NCBI GenBank assembly: GCA_011109175.1
Contig: RDEW01000005.1
Location: 1,856,657-1,920,656, forward strand
Direction of reading: 5' to 3'
Length of the DNA stretch: 64,000 nucleotides
DNA from: Dicyema japonicum
Lineage: Eukaryota > Animalia > Dicyemida
Part shown: positions 63,522 through 64,000 of the stretch, piece by piece
Layout of the letters: the number at the start of each line of letters is the position of its first letter
How positions within the stretch are numbered: the stretch's first letter is position 1
Translations under genes and position numbers: made by a program
The notes under the pieces: model-generated
Databases searched by the model: none
The model's input: the letters and a program-made list of their open reading frames with translations, nothing else
Told to the model about the DNA's origin: nothing

Positions 63522-64000
63522 ATGTTGGAATTTCTTGTTTTTAGTGTGATGGGTTTTGTCTTTGCCCTCGTTTTTATCGGTACTGGGGCGTTTGTTGGGA
63601 TAATTATGGCGATTAGTTACTTTTCAGTAAGACTCTTCAGTGATTCTCTCCATAAGACTCTATGCTACATCCTCGCCGATATATTTTGGTCAAGTATATA
63701 CCACTTATGAGTTAAGTATTTCCTGTTTTCTGTCTTGGATGGGGAGGATTGGAGTTGTCGGTTTACGGTGATCCAAAAGTTCTATCAAAATGGAATGCTG
63801 GTCACAATATTGTTCTAGAAAACCATAACTACGAAATTGACTTCATTGTTGGTTACTGTGTCCTCTATCTGGCCAATATTATTGGAGTCGTCTATACTGA
63901 TCACTTTTAGAGTTCCAAGTTGGTCGGGAAAAAGATGCTTAGTATTGTTCCTATTCAGGGACCGGTTTGGTTCTTTACAGACAGTCTCTTCATTAAACGA
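63522..64000 (+). CDS. AGPAT3: 1-acylglycerol-3-phosphate acyltransferase gamma/delta (AGPAT3/4), runs off window end
   Basis: ENHNYEIDF (NHxxxxD motif), G|SSK..K.L..VP..G.VW.FT..F.KR. Introns of 23 and 24 nt. Confidence 0.82.

Noticed and set aside
1-64000. CRISPR arrays, rRNA genes, prokaryotic operons or clear horizontally acquired genes
   Set aside because: None seen. All recognisable genes are intron-containing eukaryotic housekeeping genes.

Overview
AT-rich (roughly one-third GC) eukaryotic nuclear DNA, most likely from a genome-reduced animal. This is inferred from the gene set (GTSF1, ZER1, CANT1, DNAJC25, MAGT1/TUSC3, a CEP350-like gene, TPC) and from 22-27 nt introns, a pattern reported for dicyemid mesozoans; the taxon is not verified. 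Eleven recognisable housekeeping genes are present: CEP350-like, GTSF1, SEC24C/D, fibrillarin, OST3/MAGT1, ZER1, CANT1, DNAJC25, TRAPPC1, a two-pore channel and CSTF2, plus a 5'-partial AGPAT3/4. They are interrupted by about 23-nt GT-AG micro-introns with very degenerate splice sites. Between them lies a dense graveyard of transposable elements: RTE, Jockey/CR1-like and CRE non-LTR elements, Penelope, Gypsy, a Ginger-like integrase, hAT/Buster, Helitron, a tRNA-derived SINE and a foldback-like repeat. One pogo/Tigger transposon looks near-intact, carries its own host-type 25-nt micro-intron and sits inside a pair of long inverted repeats. Many frameshifts in essential genes and in the pogo ORF fall in homopolymer runs that are 1-2 bases short. 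This is most simply long-read assembly error and means ORF boundaries should be treated cautiously. The most interesting leads are the micro-intron splicing regime, the intron-bearing transposase, a repeated covarying pseudoknot-like motif upstream of RTE endonuclease starts, a 2A-like peptide before an AP endonuclease, and decayed hammerhead-like motifs. All calls were made by eye without database searches.
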